Source of the DNA: Patescibacteria group bacterium
GTDB lineage: Bacteria; Patescibacteriota; Minisyncoccia; 2-02-FULL-40-12; IGHO2-01-FULL-4-A
Assembly: GCA_038064915.1 (NCBI GenBank)
Contig: JBBTSB010000010.1
Location: forward strand, 19,809 to 83,808
DNA length: 64,000 nt
Direction: 5' to 3'
How positions within the stretch are numbered: position 1 is the first letter of the stretch; every line of letters begins with the position of its first letter. Under the pieces are notes generated by a model. It did not search any database. It saw only the letters and a list, made by a program, of their open reading frames with translations, and was not told where the DNA came from. Shown piece by piece: positions 10,178 through 21,334 of this stretch. The position numbers and the translations under genes were made by a program.

Positions 10178-10202
10178 TCAAATAAGTCTACTTCTTTCTC
10201 GT
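10178..10202. repeat. 25-bp direct repeat copy 2 (native rpsR 3' end)
   Basis: Identical to 8821-8845; covers the last rpsR codons, the stop and 10 nt of 3' UTR. Confidence 0.9.
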
Positions 10203-10400
10203 TTGCGCTCTCGTGTAGGGCATAAGTGCCATGAAGCGGGCGAGTTTTACGGCTTGCGCGATTTGACGCTGATGCTTTTTGCACATCTCGGTGCGGGATG
10301 ACGAGGAAATCTTGAACATGCCCGAAACAAATTTGCGGAGGACATCCGTTTGTTTGTAGTCAACGTAAGTTATTTTTTCCTGACAGGCGGGACAAGGCAT
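10188..10400 (-). CDS. rpsR: 30S ribosomal protein S18
   Basis: VDYKQTDVLRKF..CKKHQRQIAQAVKLARFMALMPY; follows rpsF-ssb. Confidence 0.93.
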   Translation of the reverse strand: MPCPACQEKITYVDYKQTDVLRKFVSGMFKISSSSRTEMCKKHQRQIAQAVKLARFMALMPYTRAQTRKK

Positions 10401-10430
10401 AATATTAATTTAAAATGTAAATATCAAAAA

Positions 10431-10925
10431 TCAAAATGGGATGTCCTTCAGATCGATCTCGGCTTCTTCTACTCCTTCTTCTTTGCCGAGAGGATTAATA
10501 GGGGCGTTCTCTTCAATAACAGGTATATCTTCAACCTCGGGAGCGGGCTTGCCCGCCGAAGCTGTAGCGGAGGCGGGCGCAGAGGCAAAGTTACCCGATT
10601 TTGGTCCCAACTGCAAGCCTTCTGCTACTATTTCTGTACGATAGCGTTTTACGCCGTCATTACCTTGCCACGAGCGGGTTTGCAGTCTACCCTCAAACAT
10701 GGCGAGTTGACCTTTCTTTAGATACTTGCTGGCAACGTCGGCAAGTCCGGCCCAAGCGACGATCGTATGAAACTCCACCTGTTCTTGTTTCTGACCGCTT
10801 GTACGATCATTCCACACCCGATTGGTTGCAACACGGATGGTAGCGACTTGCTGACCGCTTGGAGTCGTACGTGTTTCCGGATCTGCCGTCAATCTGCCGA
10901 CGATGAAGACTTTGTTTAAATTCAT
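10431..10925 (-). CDS. ssb: Single-stranded DNA-binding protein
   Basis: MNLNKVFIVGRL, EGRLQTRSW, acidic DIPF tail. Confidence 0.97.
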   Translation of the reverse strand: MNLNKVFIVGRLTADPETRTTPSGQQVATIRVATNRVWNDRTSGQKQEQVEFHTIVAWAGLADVASKYLKKGQLAMFEGRLQTRSWQGNDGVKRYRTEIVAEGLQLGPKSGNFASAPASATASAGKPAPEVEDIPVIEENAPINPLGKEEGVEEAEIDLKDIPF

Positions 10926-11350
10926 TATATTTTTTCCAAAACATCCTCCAGCTTCTTTTCCATTTGTTTTTCTTCCGCTGGACTGGCTTTTTCTATGGGC
11001 TTTGGTGTCGGTGTCACATGCGTGCGAATTTTGCGTGATCGCTGTTCACCAAACGTGCGAAGCTCTTTTCCTTCGGGCTTGTGAATGATCAAGAATCGCA
11101 GTATACCTTCTTGGAGTTTGAGCTGTGCATTTACCCCGGCGAGCATGTCTGCTGGGCCGCTAAAATCCATGACTCCCATATATGCTTCGTGATGGCGAGT
11201 GATTGGATAGGAGAGGTGGACCTTTTTTGGATCGCGAGAGGTGCTTACCGTACCGCCGTTTTGCGTGATTAAAGACTCCACATCTTGCATGTGGGTTTTG
11301 ATCTTTGCTTCCTCAAGGTCGGGTTTCATGTGGTATGCCAGTTCGTACAT
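10925..11350 (-). CDS. rpsF: 30S ribosomal protein S6
   Basis: MYEL.., LSYPI, ILRFLII; position in rpsF-ssb-rpsR; start placed at ATG 11350. Confidence 0.88.
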   Translation of the reverse strand: MYELAYHMKPDLEEAKIKTHMQDVESLITQNGGTVSTSRDPKKVHLSYPITRHHEAYMGVMDFSGPADMLAGVNAQLKLQEGILRFLIIHKPEGKELRTFGEQRSRKIRTHVTPTPKPIEKASPAEEKQMEKKLEDVLEKI

Positions 11351-11407
11351 CCCGTTTACTCTAGCATGGTAGTTGCGCTTTTTCAAGTGGTTTGCTATAC
11401 CTCATGC

Positions 11408-11656
11408 ATGGACTTCACAAAATTAAAAGAGATAGCAAAGCGCCTAGGTGGTATTCTCGTGATGGACGGCAATGAGCCGGAGTTTGTCGTTATGTCGTAT
11501 GACCGTTTCAATGCCCTTGAAGCTGTTCCCCAATCGGTGCCGGTATCGCAAGCAGTTCCCGAAGATGAACAGCTCATCGACGCTCTCAACAAGGAAATCT
11601 TGGCGCTCAAAGAGGAAATTCGCCAAAAGGAAGTTTCCGAAGCGGAGATGGTGTAG
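11408..11656 (+). CDS. Small hypothetical protein, Phd/YefM antitoxin-like N-terminus plus coiled coil
   Basis: ILVMDGNEPEFVVMSYDRF resembles the Phd/YefM pattern. Confidence 0.55.
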   Translation: MDFTKLKEIAKRLGGILVMDGNEPEFVVMSYDRFNALEAVPQSVPVSQAVPEDEQLIDALNKEILALKEEIRQKEVSEAEMV

Positions 11657-11662
11657 TCTCGT

Positions 11663-11690
11663 TTGACTTCCTTTTTTTTTCTGCTATACT
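11663..11690 (+). promoter_or_regulatory. Putative promoter of the tuf-S10 operon
   Basis: TTGACT-N16-TATACT with a TGn extension and a T9 run in the spacer. Confidence 0.55.
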
Positions 11691-11747
11691 TCCCTTACTA
11701 AATAGTTAACCTACAGCCTAGGGTATCTCGGCTGTATTTTCAGTGTC

Positions 11748-12947
11748 ATGGCAGGAAAATTTGAACGAACAAAGCCGCACCTCAACGTCGGCACCATCGG
11801 TCACGTTGACCATGGAAAGACAACGCTCACCGCGGCGATTTTGCACTCGCTGAATTTGCTCGGTGAAGGATACAAAGCACGGGTCGAAAAAGTAGACCAA
11901 ATCGACAATGCTCCCGAAGAAAAAGCCCGTGGTATTACCATTGCTTTGCACCACTCTGAGTACGAGACACCGAAGCGTCACTACGCGCACATAGATGCTC
12001 CCGGTCACGCTGACTACATCAAGAACATGATTACCGGTGCCGCCCAGATGGATGGCGCCGTACTCGTAGTTTCTGCTCCTGACGGTCCGATGCCTCAGAC
12101 TCGTGAACACATCTTGCTTGCCCGCCAGGTCGGCGTTCCTGCGATTATTGTGTTTATGAACAAGATGGACATGGTAGAAGATCCTGAACTTGCCGATCTC
12201 GTAGAGGCGGAAATTCGGGAACTCTTAAACAAGTATCAATATCCCGGCGATAAGACCAAAATCATTCGCGGTTCAGCAATAAAAGCGCTTGAAGCTACGT
12301 CAAAAGACGATCCTGCGCTTGCTCCTTTAAAAGAACTGGCTGAAGCACTCGACAATGAAATTCCCGATCCTGTCCGTGAAACTGACAAACCGTTCCTCAT
12401 GCCCGTCGAAGACGTCTTCTCTATTGAAGGCCGCGGTACGGTGGTTACGGGAAGAATCGAGCGCGGTACGGTGAAAGTGAACGAAGAAATCGAAATCGTC
12501 GGTATCAAGGCAACCGCCAAAACCGTCATCACCGGAATCGAAATGTTCAACAAGCAACTCGATGAAGGAATGGCCGGCGACAATGCTGGACTCCTCCTTC
12601 GCGGACTCAAGAAAGAAGATGTTGCTCGCGGACAGGTACTTGCCAAGCCCGGCAGTATCACCCCGCACACTGAATTTGAATCCGAAGTGTATATTCTCTC
12701 CAAGGAAGAGGGTGGACGACATACCCCATTCTTTAAAGGCTACAAGCCGCAGTTCTATTTCCGAACTACGGACGTCACGGGAGAGGTGACCCTACCCGAG
12801 GGAACTGAAATGGTTATGCCTGGGGACACCGTCACCTTTAAAGTAAAACTCATCGCTCCGATTGCCATGCAGGAGAAACAGCGCTTCGCCATTCGCGAAG
12901 GCGGCAAGACGGTAGGAGCCGGCGTCGTAACGAAAGTAATCGCATAG
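11748..12947 (+). CDS. tuf: Elongation factor Tu
   Basis: [31 protein letters not shown]. Confidence 0.99.
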   Translation: MAGKFERTKPHLNVGTIGHVDHGKTTLTAAILHSLNLLGEGYKARVEKVDQIDNAPEEKARGITIALHHSEYETPKRHYAHIDAPGHADYIKNMITGAAQMDGAVLVVSAPDGPMPQTREHILLARQVGVPAIIVFMNKMDMVEDPELADLVEAEIRELLNKYQYPGDKTKIIRGSAIKALEATSKDDPALAPLKELAEALDNEIPDPVRETDKPFLMPVEDVFSIEGRGTVVTGRIERGTVKVNEEIEIVGIKATAKTVITGIEMFNKQLDEGMAGDNAGLLLRGLKKEDVARGQVLAKPGSITPHTEFESEVYILSKEEGGRHTPFFKGYKPQFYFRTTDVTGEVTLPEGTEMVMPGDTVTFKVKLIAPIAMQEKQRFAIREGGKTVGAGVVTKVIA

Positions 12948-12949
12948 CC

Positions 12950-13285
12950 ATGGCAGCCAAAGCACCCCGAAAATCCGAGGCATCACAGAGAATCAGAATC
13001 AAGCTGAAGGCTTACGACAATAAGATTATCGACAAATCGGCAAAGCAGATCGTAGAGACGATCGAACGCAATGGGGGCAGGGTCATTGGCCCTGTCCCTT
13101 TGCCGACCGAAATTCACAAGTATACGGTGAATCGTTCTTCGTTTATCGATAAAAATTCACGCGAACAATTTGAAATGCGAGTCCATAAGCGGCTTATTGA
13201 TATCCCGAGTCACAGCTCGAAGATCATTGATTCGCTTATGAACTTGAATCTGCCTGCAGGGGTGGATATCGAGCTCAAAATGTAA
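12950..13285 (+). CDS. rpsJ: 30S ribosomal protein S10
   Basis: [33 protein letters not shown]. Confidence 0.97.
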   Translation: MAAKAPRKSEASQRIRIKLKAYDNKIIDKSAKQIVETIERNGGRVIGPVPLPTEIHKYTVNRSSFIDKNSREQFEMRVHKRLIDIPSHSSKIIDSLMNLNLPAGVDIELKM

Positions 13286-13287
13286 GT

Positions 13288-13818
13288 ATGGCATTTATTA
13301 TTGGACAAAAAATCGGGATGACCCGAGTATTTAACGACGACGGCATCGTAACTCCCGTTACGGTGGTTCAAACTGGCCCGATGAAGGCAATCCAAGATCG
13401 TGGCCATGCTATTCAGTTTAGTTATCAAGCCGGAAAGAAGACAAAGAAAAAAGAAATAAAGACAGTAGCAACGGTGGGCGACGAAATCACCATTGGTGAC
13501 TTTAAAACAGGTGACCAAGTGAAAGTCACGGGAATTTCCAAAGCAAAAGGATTTCAAGGTGCGGTGAAACGCCACGGATTTCACGGAATGCCCGCAAGCC
13601 ACGGCCACCACCATGTGATGCGTCACGTGGGTTCCATCGGTCAGCGCTTTCCCCAGCATACCCTGAAGGGTCTTCGCATGGCTGGACGCATGGGCGGTCG
13701 CACGACCACAACGCGTGGACTCAAGGTGGTGAGCGTTGATACGGAAAAAAATATTCTCGCGCTGAAAGGTGCGGTTCCCGGCAAGCGTGGATCATGGCTC
13801 GCCATTCAAACACTATGA
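13288..13818 (+). CDS. rplC: 50S ribosomal protein L3 (short)
   Basis: GQKIGMT, KGFQGAVKRHGF, MAGRMG, KGAVPG. Confidence 0.95.
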   Translation: MAFIIGQKIGMTRVFNDDGIVTPVTVVQTGPMKAIQDRGHAIQFSYQAGKKTKKKEIKTVATVGDEITIGDFKTGDQVKVTGISKAKGFQGAVKRHGFHGMPASHGHHHVMRHVGSIGQRFPQHTLKGLRMAGRMGGRTTTTRGLKVVSVDTEKNILALKGAVPGKRGSWLAIQTL

Positions 13819-14447
13819 ACATAAAACTCCACAACCAAATGGGCGAGGAAATTGGTACCGTGGAGTTGCCCGCGGCGTTGTTTGAGGTTGCCATGAACGC
13901 AGACGTGCTCCATCAGGTTGTCCAAGCACAGCTTGCCAATGCTCGTCATCCGATCGCTCATACCAAGGGACGCGGTGAAGTTCGCGGTGGTGGCAAGAAA
14001 CCCTGGCGCCAAAAAGGAACCGGTCGCGCTCGACATGCATCTATCCGGTCTCCTATTTGGAAGGGTGGAGGCGTAGCATTCGGTCCGACCAAAGAGCGCA
14101 ACTTTGCTCGCAAGATGAATAAAAAAACCGTTCGCAAAGCGCTTGCTATGGTGCTTTCTGCAAAGGTAAGTGATGGTGAGTTGCTCGTTCTCGATCGCAT
14201 TGCATTTCCGGAGGCGAAAACAAAACAGGCGATTGCCATGTTCAAAAAATTCATTAAGCCCCGTGACTCTATCCTTGTTGTCACACCGGAGAAGGATCGT
14301 CTCGTAGAACGTACGATACGCAATATACCGAAAACGCATGTATCGGCAGCAGACAGTTTGAACGTACGCGATGTGTTGCAGGCAAAGTATCTCATGCTTA
14401 CCCAGGAATCAATTCCCGTAATTTCAAAAACATATGGCATGGTTTAA
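13815..14447 (+). CDS. rplD: 50S ribosomal protein L4
   Basis: [21 protein letters not shown]. Confidence 0.97.
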   Translation: MNIKLHNQMGEEIGTVELPAALFEVAMNADVLHQVVQAQLANARHPIAHTKGRGEVRGGGKKPWRQKGTGRARHASIRSPIWKGGGVAFGPTKERNFARKMNKKTVRKALAMVLSAKVSDGELLVLDRIAFPEAKTKQAIAMFKKFIKPRDSILVVTPEKDRLVERTIRNIPKTHVSAADSLNVRDVLQAKYLMLTQESIPVISKTYGMV

Positions 14448-14802
14448 AAAAGATACAAAAGAAAAAAAGGAACCTCTCGATGAGCAAGAAGCCGCTCCGG
14501 CAGTTGCCGCACCGAAGGCGGGAGATTCACGATCCTATACGGTAATCCGTGGTCCGCATGTTACGGAGAAAGCATCGAACTCTGCGTCCTTGGGGAAGTA
14601 TGTGTTTAGGGTGGGTCCTGATGCAAATAAGCTGGAGGTTCGCCGTTCTATTGAAAAGCTCTATAAAGTGAAAGTTGCGAGCGTCCACATGCTCATTATG
14701 CCTTCGAAATTTCGCCAGGTGGGACGACACCATGGGGAACGGTCCGGGTACAAGAAAGCTGTCGTAACCCTGCGCCCCGGCGAAAAAATAGATATCACCT
14801 AA
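14434..14802 (+). CDS. rplW: 50S ribosomal protein L23 with N-terminal extension
   Basis: [21 protein letters not shown]. Confidence 0.93.
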   Translation: MAWFKKDTKEKKEPLDEQEAAPAVAAPKAGDSRSYTVIRGPHVTEKASNSASLGKYVFRVGPDANKLEVRRSIEKLYKVKVASVHMLIMPSKFRQVGRHHGERSGYKKAVVTLRPGEKIDIT

Positions 14803-14803
14803 T

Positions 14804-15631
14804 ATGCCAAAGAATTACAGCCCCACAACTCCCTCGAGACGGCACATGCAAGGGTATGACTTCTCGAATCTCTCCCCTGTAGCACCACTCAAGAAACTCA
14901 CGGTTGGTTTTCAGCGTGCCATGGGGCGCAGCAACCAAGGCCGTATTACTACACGCCATAAGGGCGGAGGACACAAACGATCCTACCGACTCATTGATTT
15001 TAGGCAGGAAAAAATGAATATTCCCGCGACGGTATTTTCTCTTGAATACGATCCCAACCGTACGAGTCGCATCGCACGACTGCACTTTGCTGATGGTGAA
15101 AAACGCTACATTCTTGCACCCGAAGGACTGAAGGTGGGAGACACGCTTATGACGGCCGATCGCACCAAGCTTTCTCCCGGCAATCGCATGCGCTTGCGCA
15201 ATATTCCGCAAGGAAGTATGATTCACAATCTTGAGATCCACCCGGGGAAAGGGGGACAGATTGTACGGTCCGCTGGCATGGGGGCTACGGTGCTTGCGCA
15301 CGAAGGAACCTATGTCCAGGTGGTGATGCCTTCATCTGAAGTGCGCAAATTTCACGGAGATATCATGGCTTCGCTGGGGCAACTTTCCAATATTGAACAC
15401 AGCTCCATCAACATGGGCAAGGCCGGACGACAGCGCCACAAGGGCGTGCGGCCGCAAGTACGCGGAAGCGCCATGAATCCGGTAGATCATCCGCATGGTG
15501 GAGGAGAAGGCCGCCAGGGCATTGGACTCAAGCATCCCAAAACCCCGTGGGGCAAAATCGCCTTAGGTGGCAAAACACGCGGCCGCAAGAAGAGATCCAA
15601 TTTATTTATCGTAAAGCGTCGCAAAAAATAA
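14804..15631 (+). CDS. rplB: 50S ribosomal protein L2
   Basis: [23 protein letters not shown]. Confidence 0.98.
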   Translation: MPKNYSPTTPSRRHMQGYDFSNLSPVAPLKKLTVGFQRAMGRSNQGRITTRHKGGGHKRSYRLIDFRQEKMNIPATVFSLEYDPNRTSRIARLHFADGEKRYILAPEGLKVGDTLMTADRTKLSPGNRMRLRNIPQGSMIHNLEIHPGKGGQIVRSAGMGATVLAHEGTYVQVVMPSSEVRKFHGDIMASLGQLSNIEHSSINMGKAGRQRHKGVRPQVRGSAMNPVDHPHGGGEGRQGIGLKHPKTPWGKIALGGKTRGRKKRSNLFIVKRRKK

Positions 15632-15633
15632 TC

Positions 15634-15978
15634 ATGTCACGATCAATCAAAAAAGGAATATTTGTCGATCCCAAACTGTTGAAAAAACTTGGCAAGGCAA
15701 AAAAGGGCGACATCATCAAAACATGGTCACGCTCATCGACGGTGACTCCTGAAATGGTTGGATTTACCTTTGGCGTTCACAATGGTCGCCAACACCTTCC
15801 CGTAATGATCAATGAAGACATGGTGGGACACAAGCTTGGAGAATTTTCACCAACCCGCAAATTTCAGCGCCATGGAGGTCGTATGCAAAAAGAAATTGAA
15901 GCGGCGGCAAAGCAAAAAGAATTGGATGCTGCAAAAGCAGCCAAGGTGGAGCCCGCAGCAGCTCCTGCAAAAAAATAA
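15634..15978 (+). CDS. rpsS: 30S ribosomal protein S19
   Basis: [27 protein letters not shown]. Confidence 0.97.
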   Translation: MSRSIKKGIFVDPKLLKKLGKAKKGDIIKTWSRSSTVTPEMVGFTFGVHNGRQHLPVMINEDMVGHKLGEFSPTRKFQRHGGRMQKEIEAAAKQKELDAAKAAKVEPAAAPAKK

Positions 15979-15981
15979 ACC

Positions 15982-16485
15982 ATGCAAGTTACCGCACACC
16001 TCAAATCAATACGGATTGCTCCTCGCAAAGTGCGATCGGTTACCCATATTCTCAAGGGCTTGGATGCGGTTGCGGCAAAGCATCAACTGCGCTATCTTAC
16101 GAGACGTTCTTCCCATCCCATCGAAAAGCTCATTGATTCCGCGCTTGCCAATGCAAACAACAATCTCGGACTGGTGCGTGAAAACATGCGCATCAAAGAT
16201 ATCATCGTTGGCGGAGGGCCGGTGCTCAAGCGTTTCGAGCCAAAAGGGTTTGGTTCGGTGTCCCCGGTGGCAAAGCGAACATCACACGTAACTATTATCC
16301 TCGAAGAGAAAGTACCTGGATTGAAGTCAGAGAAAAAAGAGGTGAAAAAAGAAGAAGTTCGCACAGAACACAAACACGATTCTGAACGGAAAAGTGCGAG
16401 CGCAGCGGATTATAGAGAATTAGGTCCCAAAGAGAGCGCCGTAAAGAAATTTACCAGGAAAATATTTCAGAGGAAATCAATTTAA
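15982..16485 (+). CDS. rplV: 50S ribosomal protein L22 with C-terminal extension
   Basis: IRIAPRKVR, SALANA, KRTSHVTI. Confidence 0.95.
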   Translation: MQVTAHLKSIRIAPRKVRSVTHILKGLDAVAAKHQLRYLTRRSSHPIEKLIDSALANANNNLGLVRENMRIKDIIVGGGPVLKRFEPKGFGSVSPVAKRTSHVTIILEEKVPGLKSEKKEVKKEEVRTEHKHDSERKSASAADYRELGPKESAVKKFTRKIFQRKSI

Positions 16486-16489
16486 TACC

Positions 16490-17125
16490 ATGGGACAAAA
16501 AATATCACCAATATCACTTCGTATCGCCGTAACCAAGGATTGGAAATCCAAGTGGTTTAGTACGCGCGCCTACAAGGATTTTTTGAAAGAAGATTTGGCT
16601 ATCAGGACCTTGTTGCAAAAGAAGCTGAAAGCAATGAGCGTGGATCGTATCAGTATCGAACGCAGTCCCGATGTGTTGACGGTCACGGTGCATACGGCGC
16701 GCCCCGGACTCATCATTGGACGAGCAGGGACGGGCGTGGAGGAGCTGAAGAAAGCTCTTCAGCGTATGATCAAGCGAAAAACCGCCATACGTCTGGATAT
16801 CCAAGAATACAAAAATCCCGAAAGCTCCGCTGCCATTATGGCGGAATCCATGGCTGAACAGATTGAAAAGCGCATGCAGTATCGCCGTGTTCTTAAGCAA
16901 ACTCTTGCCAAGATCATGGCGAGCCGGCTTGTCAAAGGAGCAAAAGTGACGCTATCCGGACGTTTAGATGGAAATGAAATCGCCCGCATTGAACACCTGG
17001 AACAGGGAAATTTGCCGCTCCAAACGCTTCGCGCCGATATTGATTTTGCAAGAGCTACTGCCTATACCACCTATGGAACCGTAGGCGTAAAGGTGTGGAT
17101 TTATAAAGGAATGAAATTTGAATAA
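16490..17125 (+). CDS. rpsC: 30S ribosomal protein S3
   Basis: [33 protein letters not shown]. Confidence 0.97.
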   Translation: MGQKISPISLRIAVTKDWKSKWFSTRAYKDFLKEDLAIRTLLQKKLKAMSVDRISIERSPDVLTVTVHTARPGLIIGRAGTGVEELKKALQRMIKRKTAIRLDIQEYKNPESSAAIMAESMAEQIEKRMQYRRVLKQTLAKIMASRLVKGAKVTLSGRLDGNEIARIEHLEQGNLPLQTLRADIDFARATAYTTYGTVGVKVWIYKGMKFE

Positions 17126-17127
17126 TC

Positions 17128-17538
17128 ATGTTACAGCCTAAACGCATAAAACACCGCAAGGTCCATAAGAGCGCCTCCACCTGGAGGAAGGTTGCCAGTC
17201 GTGGATACTACTTGAGTTTCGGAAAGTATGGGCTGAAAGCGCTCGAAGCGGATTGGCTCAAATCTTCTCAGATCGAGGCCGCACGCCGTGCCATTAGTCA
17301 TTCTATCCAGCGTGGTGGTAAACTTTGGATCCGCGTGTTCCCCGACAAACCCCGTACCCAAAAAGGAGCTGAAGTGGGCATGGGTGGTGGCGCCGGATCA
17401 CTGTCGCATTTTGTTGCACCCATTGAAGCGGGAAGAATCTTATTTGAAATGGACGGTGTCGCGGAATCGATTGCTCGTGAAGCGTTTCGTCTTGCGGCGC
17501 ATAAACTGCCGGTAAAAACCAGATTTATAAAGAGATAA
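17128..17538 (+). CDS. rplP: 50S ribosomal protein L16
   Basis: [28 protein letters not shown]. Confidence 0.97.
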   Translation: MLQPKRIKHRKVHKSASTWRKVASRGYYLSFGKYGLKALEADWLKSSQIEAARRAISHSIQRGGKLWIRVFPDKPRTQKGAEVGMGGGAGSLSHFVAPIEAGRILFEMDGVAESIAREAFRLAAHKLPVKTRFIKR

Positions 17539-17539
17539 T

Positions 17540-17722
17540 ATGAAATTTTCTGATATAAAAACCAAAGACCGGTCCGAGTTGGAGGAATTGCTCAAAGAGT
17601 ACCAAGTGAAACTTGGCCAATTGAGCTTTGAGAGAGTTCGTAAAACACTGAAGAAATCCAGCGACGTTGGAAAAACCAGAAAAGTTATTGCACAAATTAA
17701 AACCATCCTCCATGGAATCTAA
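17540..17722 (+). CDS. rpmC: 50S ribosomal protein L29
   Basis: 60 aa, RKVIAQIKT, position after rplP. Confidence 0.88.
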   Translation: MKFSDIKTKDRSELEELLKEYQVKLGQLSFERVRKTLKKSSDVGKTRKVIAQIKTILHGI

Positions 17723-17942
17723 ACCACGCACATTACGAGGTGTTGTCGTATCCGATAAGATGATGAAAACCGTCGTCGTTGCAGTCACGCGTCTCAAAAA
17801 ACATCCCAAGTATTTAAAATACTACAAAGTTACCAAGAAGTTTAAGGCGCACGATGAAGAGAAGAAATACAAAACGGGGGACAAAGTAACTATCCAAGAA
17901 ACACGGCCATTATCGAAAGATAAGCGCTGGAACGTATTATGA
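17712..17942 (+). CDS. rpsQ: 30S ribosomal protein S17
   Basis: [28 protein letters not shown]. Confidence 0.96.
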   Translation: MESKPRTLRGVVVSDKMMKTVVVAVTRLKKHPKYLKYYKVTKKFKAHDEEKKYKTGDKVTIQETRPLSKDKRWNVL

Positions 17943-18304
17943 TTCAGCTACGATCCATAGTTCAAGTTGCAGATAATAGCGGGGCCAAGAAGGTTGGCGT
18001 GTTTAAGGTGCTTGGCGGTTCCAAGCGTCGGTATGCCCAGCTTGGTGACATCGTAGTATGTTCCGTCAAGGTCGCTGAGCCGCGCAAGGCCGTAAAGAAA
18101 AAAGATGTCGTGAAGGCTGTCGTGGTACGTCAGAGAAATAATTTTCGTCGCAAAGATGGTAGTTATATCCGATTTGACGAAAATGCCGTTGTGCTTTTGG
18201 ATGGTGTTGAGCCAAAGGGCGGACGTATTTTCGGTCCCATTCCCCGCGAGATCAAAGAACGAGGATTTAATACCATCGCGAGTTTAGCTCAAGAAATTGT
18301 ATGA
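17939..18304 (+). CDS. rplN: 50S ribosomal protein L14
   Basis: [19 protein letters not shown]. Confidence 0.97.
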   Translation: MIQLRSIVQVADNSGAKKVGVFKVLGGSKRRYAQLGDIVVCSVKVAEPRKAVKKKDVVKAVVVRQRNNFRRKDGSYIRFDENAVVLLDGVEPKGGRIFGPIPREIKERGFNTIASLAQEIV

Positions 18305-18600
18305 ACATTCGAAAAGGCGACAACGTCATCATGCTTGCTGGCAAAGACCGAGGAAAGACCGGGAAGGTTTTGTCCGTGCTCGAAGGACGTGTTGTCATTG
18401 AGGGCTTAAACACCATCAAAAAACACCAGCGTGCGAAAAAGCAGGGACAGAAGGGACAGATTATCACGAAAGAGCGTGCGGTGGATCGATCAAACGTACA
18501 GATAGTTTGCCCGAAATGCGGTAAGCCAACCCGTATTGGTCACCAGGTAGTTGGAGATAGAAAAATTAGAATTTGTAAAAAATGCCAAGCAGAATTTTAG
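18301..18600 (+). CDS. rplX: 50S ribosomal protein L24
   Basis: [19 protein letters not shown] motif; CPKC..CKKC. Confidence 0.95.
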   Translation: MNIRKGDNVIMLAGKDRGKTGKVLSVLEGRVVIEGLNTIKKHQRAKKQGQKGQIITKERAVDRSNVQIVCPKCGKPTRIGHQVVGDRKIRICKKCQAEF

Positions 18601-19094
18601 AAAAATACCGCAAAGAATACGGTCATACAATGAAAGCCCCTCGGATCACCAAAGTAGTGCTCAACGTTGGCGTCGGGAAAATTGCAAAGGATGCGAAGGC
18701 GCTCGAAAAAATAGAGCAGGACCTTGCAAAAATCACCGGACAAAAACCCGCGCTCCGTGCCGCAAAAAAGTCCATTGCAGGATTCAAGGTTCGAGAAGGA
18801 ACCCCATCAGGATACATGGTTACCTTGCGTGGATCGCGAATGTATGATTTTATAGATAGGCTGATTTCGGTAGCATTGCCTAGGAGCCGCGACTTTCAGG
18901 GAATTCCTGAAAGTTCCTTTGATGCGGCAGGTAACCTCAATATAGGCATTAAAGAACATAACATTTTTCCTGAGGTGAGCTATGAGTCTTTAAAAGATAT
19001 TTTCGGTCTTGAGGTAACTATCGTGATCAATGCTGGATCCCGCAAGGAGGGAGTAGTACTACTCCGGTTTCTTGGATTTCCCATAAGAACATAG
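18582..19094 (+). CDS. rplE: 50S ribosomal protein L5
   Basis: [29 protein letters not shown]. Confidence 0.96.
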   Translation: MPSRILEKYRKEYGHTMKAPRITKVVLNVGVGKIAKDAKALEKIEQDLAKITGQKPALRAAKKSIAGFKVREGTPSGYMVTLRGSRMYDFIDRLISVALPRSRDFQGIPESSFDAAGNLNIGIKEHNIFPEVSYESLKDIFGLEVTIVINAGSRKEGVVLLRFLGFPIRT

Positions 19095-19095
19095 C

Positions 19096-19281
19096 ATGGC
19101 AAAAACATCTACTATCGCACGATCCAATAAGAAACCGAAGTTTTCCAGCCGAAAGGTTAATCGGTGTTTCTTGTGCGGCCGCAAACATGGCTACATGAGG
19201 AAGTTTGGATTGTGCCGTATACACTTCAGAGAGCTTGCCACCGACGGCCTGCTCCCCGGAGTTCAAAAATCTTCCTGGTAA
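19096..19281 (+). CDS. rpsN: 30S ribosomal protein S14, short Zn-binding type
   Basis: [26 protein letters not shown]. Confidence 0.95.
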   Translation: MAKTSTIARSNKKPKFSSRKVNRCFLCGRKHGYMRKFGLCRIHFRELATDGLLPGVQKSSW

Positions 19282-19312
19282 CTAATAACCTAATCAGCTA
19301 ATCACCTTTTCG

Positions 19313-19699
19313 ATGAGTCCACTTGCAAACATGTTAATACAGATCAAGAACGCCCAAATCAGGGGCTTGGAGGAAGTTCTTGTCCCTGCTTCCGGCATGA
19401 AACGTGCCATTGCGATGGTTTTGCAAAAAGAGGGGTTTTTAGCGAACGTGGAAGACATCAAGAAAAAGGGAAAAAAATCAGAACTTCCCTACCTCTCCAT
19501 CACACTCAAGCCTGATGCCATTCACGATGTGCTATTGATTTCAAAACCGTCTCGCCGCATGTACGCGGGGAATGCAGATATGGGCAGGATAAAGAACGGC
19601 TTTGGAACTGCGGTCATTAGCACGCCCAAGGGTATTATGACCAGTACCGATGCCCGCGCCGCAGGTGTGGGCGGAGAAGTTTTATTTGAAATTTGGTAA
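19313..19699 (+). CDS. rpsH: 30S ribosomal protein S8
   Basis: ISKPSRRMY, STPKGIMT, GGEVL. Confidence 0.95.
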   Translation: MSPLANMLIQIKNAQIRGLEEVLVPASGMKRAIAMVLQKEGFLANVEDIKKKGKKSELPYLSITLKPDAIHDVLLISKPSRRMYAGNADMGRIKNGFGTAVISTPKGIMTSTDARAAGVGGEVLFEIW

Positions 19700-19700
19700 T

Positions 19701-20234
19701 ATGTCAAAAATCGGCAAAAAACCCATTGCGATTCCCACTGGCGTTGATATAAAAATCGACGGCAATTCGCTTGTTGTCAAAGGCCCTAAGGGGGAGTTAA
19801 AAAAACTTTTTCCTGCAGGAGTTTCGTTTGTTAAAGAAGAAAGTAATTTGAAAGTTGCTGCGGAAAATAGCGCTATCTGGGGTTTGAGCCGAGCGCTTGC
19901 GGCAAACATGGTCACTGGTGTTGCCCAAGGATTTCAAAAAATACTTGAATTTACCGGCGTGGGATACAAAGCACAGGTGAAAGGTGATATGTTAGAACTC
20001 AACCTCGGATTTACTCATCCTATTTCCGTAAAAGCTCCCCCGGCGGTTACTTTTAAGGTAGAAAAGAATGTTATCACCATTGAAGGGCCCGACAAGGAAT
20101 CGGTAGGACATGTTGCCGCAGAGATTCGTTCTCATCGTCCCCCGGAGCCCTACAAGGGAAGTGGTATTAAATATCGAGATGAGGTAATTCGGCGCAAGGC
20201 TGGCAAAAAAGCTGGCGCTACGGCTACAGCATGA
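19701..20234 (+). CDS. rplF: 50S ribosomal protein L6
   Basis: MSKIGKKPI, VKGPKG, PEPYKGSGI. Confidence 0.97.
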   Translation: MSKIGKKPIAIPTGVDIKIDGNSLVVKGPKGELKKLFPAGVSFVKEESNLKVAAENSAIWGLSRALAANMVTGVAQGFQKILEFTGVGYKAQVKGDMLELNLGFTHPISVKAPPAVTFKVEKNVITIEGPDKESVGHVAAEIRSHRPPEPYKGSGIKYRDEVIRRKAGKKAGATATA

Positions 20235-20533
20235 GAATTCAACGCCACAACAGAATTCGCGCAAGACTTCAGGGCACGTCGGAGCGCCCGCGCGTTGCGG
20301 TTTTTCGGAGCAACCAGTATATTTCTGCGCAGATTATTGATGACAGCGCTCACAAAACACTTGCAAGTGCAAAGGGGCCAAAAGCCAAGCCCGATGCTGT
20401 TGCGCAGGAATTGGCAAAGAAGGCGGTTGCCGCTGGTATTTCAAAGGTGGTATTTGATCGCGGTGGACACAAGTATCACGGGGGCGTAAAGGCGCTGGCG
20501 GAAGGTTTGCGTAAAGGAGGTCTTCAACTATGA
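20231..20533 (+). CDS. rplR: 50S ribosomal protein L18 (short)
   Basis: RPRVAVFRSN, VVFDRGG..YHG. Confidence 0.95.
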   Translation: MRIQRHNRIRARLQGTSERPRVAVFRSNQYISAQIIDDSAHKTLASAKGPKAKPDAVAQELAKKAVAAGISKVVFDRGGHKYHGGVKALAEGLRKGGLQL

Positions 20534-21072
20534 ACAATCCGAACAACAACAGTAGATTTCAAAAAACAGACAATCGTCGTGGGGGAAAGTTTAATCGTCC
20601 GCCAAAGGAAAAGTCGGAGTTTGATTCCCGCATGCTTGATCTTGCTCGTGTTGCTCGTGTCACCAAGGGAGGAAAGCGATTCAGTTTCCGTGCTACCATG
20701 GTGGTAGGTGATGGGAAGGGACGAGTTGGCGTAGGCGTTGCTCAGGGCCATGACGTACAGCAAGCAATGGAAAAATCCACCCAGAACGCCAAGAAGCGCC
20801 TCTTGCGTGTTGTTATCGTGAAAGGAACTATTCCTCACCAGGTAACATTCAAATATCACAGCGCCGTAGTTATGATAAAGCCATCCCCCATGGGCAGTGG
20901 AGTAAAAGCAGGCGGCCCCGTCCGTGTGATCGCAAAGCTCGCAGGAATCAGCAATATTACCGCAAAGCTTATCGAGCGAACAGGCAATAAGATTAACATT
21001 GCACGAGCGACCATTGGGGCGCTTGGGCAATTGAAACAACATGCAACTTCACCATCTCAAGCCAATTCATAA
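20530..21072 (+). CDS. rpsE: 30S ribosomal protein S5
   Basis: [24 protein letters not shown]. Confidence 0.96.
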   Translation: MNNPNNNSRFQKTDNRRGGKFNRPPKEKSEFDSRMLDLARVARVTKGGKRFSFRATMVVGDGKGRVGVGVAQGHDVQQAMEKSTQNAKKRLLRVVIVKGTIPHQVTFKYHSAVVMIKPSPMGSGVKAGGPVRVIAKLAGISNITAKLIERTGNKINIARATIGALGQLKQHATSPSQANS

Positions 21073-21334
21073 AGCTATTGCTTCCAAGCGCGTTGGTCGC
21101 GGTGGAAAGCGTGGTACGTTTTCGGGCCGTGGTTCAAAAGGGCAGAAATCCCGCGCCGGTACCCGTATTCGCCCGGGGTTTCGAGGCGGCAATGAACCTC
21201 TTTGGAAACTTTTCCCGAAGTCTCGTGGAGCGAGCAAAAAAACCGACATCAAACACCGATCGTTCCAGGTACGCCGCAAGAAACCAAAGGGCCGTTACGT
21301 AAGCAAGGCCAATCGCCATGATACAGTTCAATAA
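21041..21334 (+). CDS. rplO: 50S ribosomal protein L15 (C-terminally short)
   Basis: [23 protein letters not shown]; only 97 aa. Confidence 0.88.
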   Translation: MQLHHLKPIHKAIASKRVGRGGKRGTFSGRGSKGQKSRAGTRIRPGFRGGNEPLWKLFPKSRGASKKTDIKHRSFQVRRKKPKGRYVSKANRHDTVQ

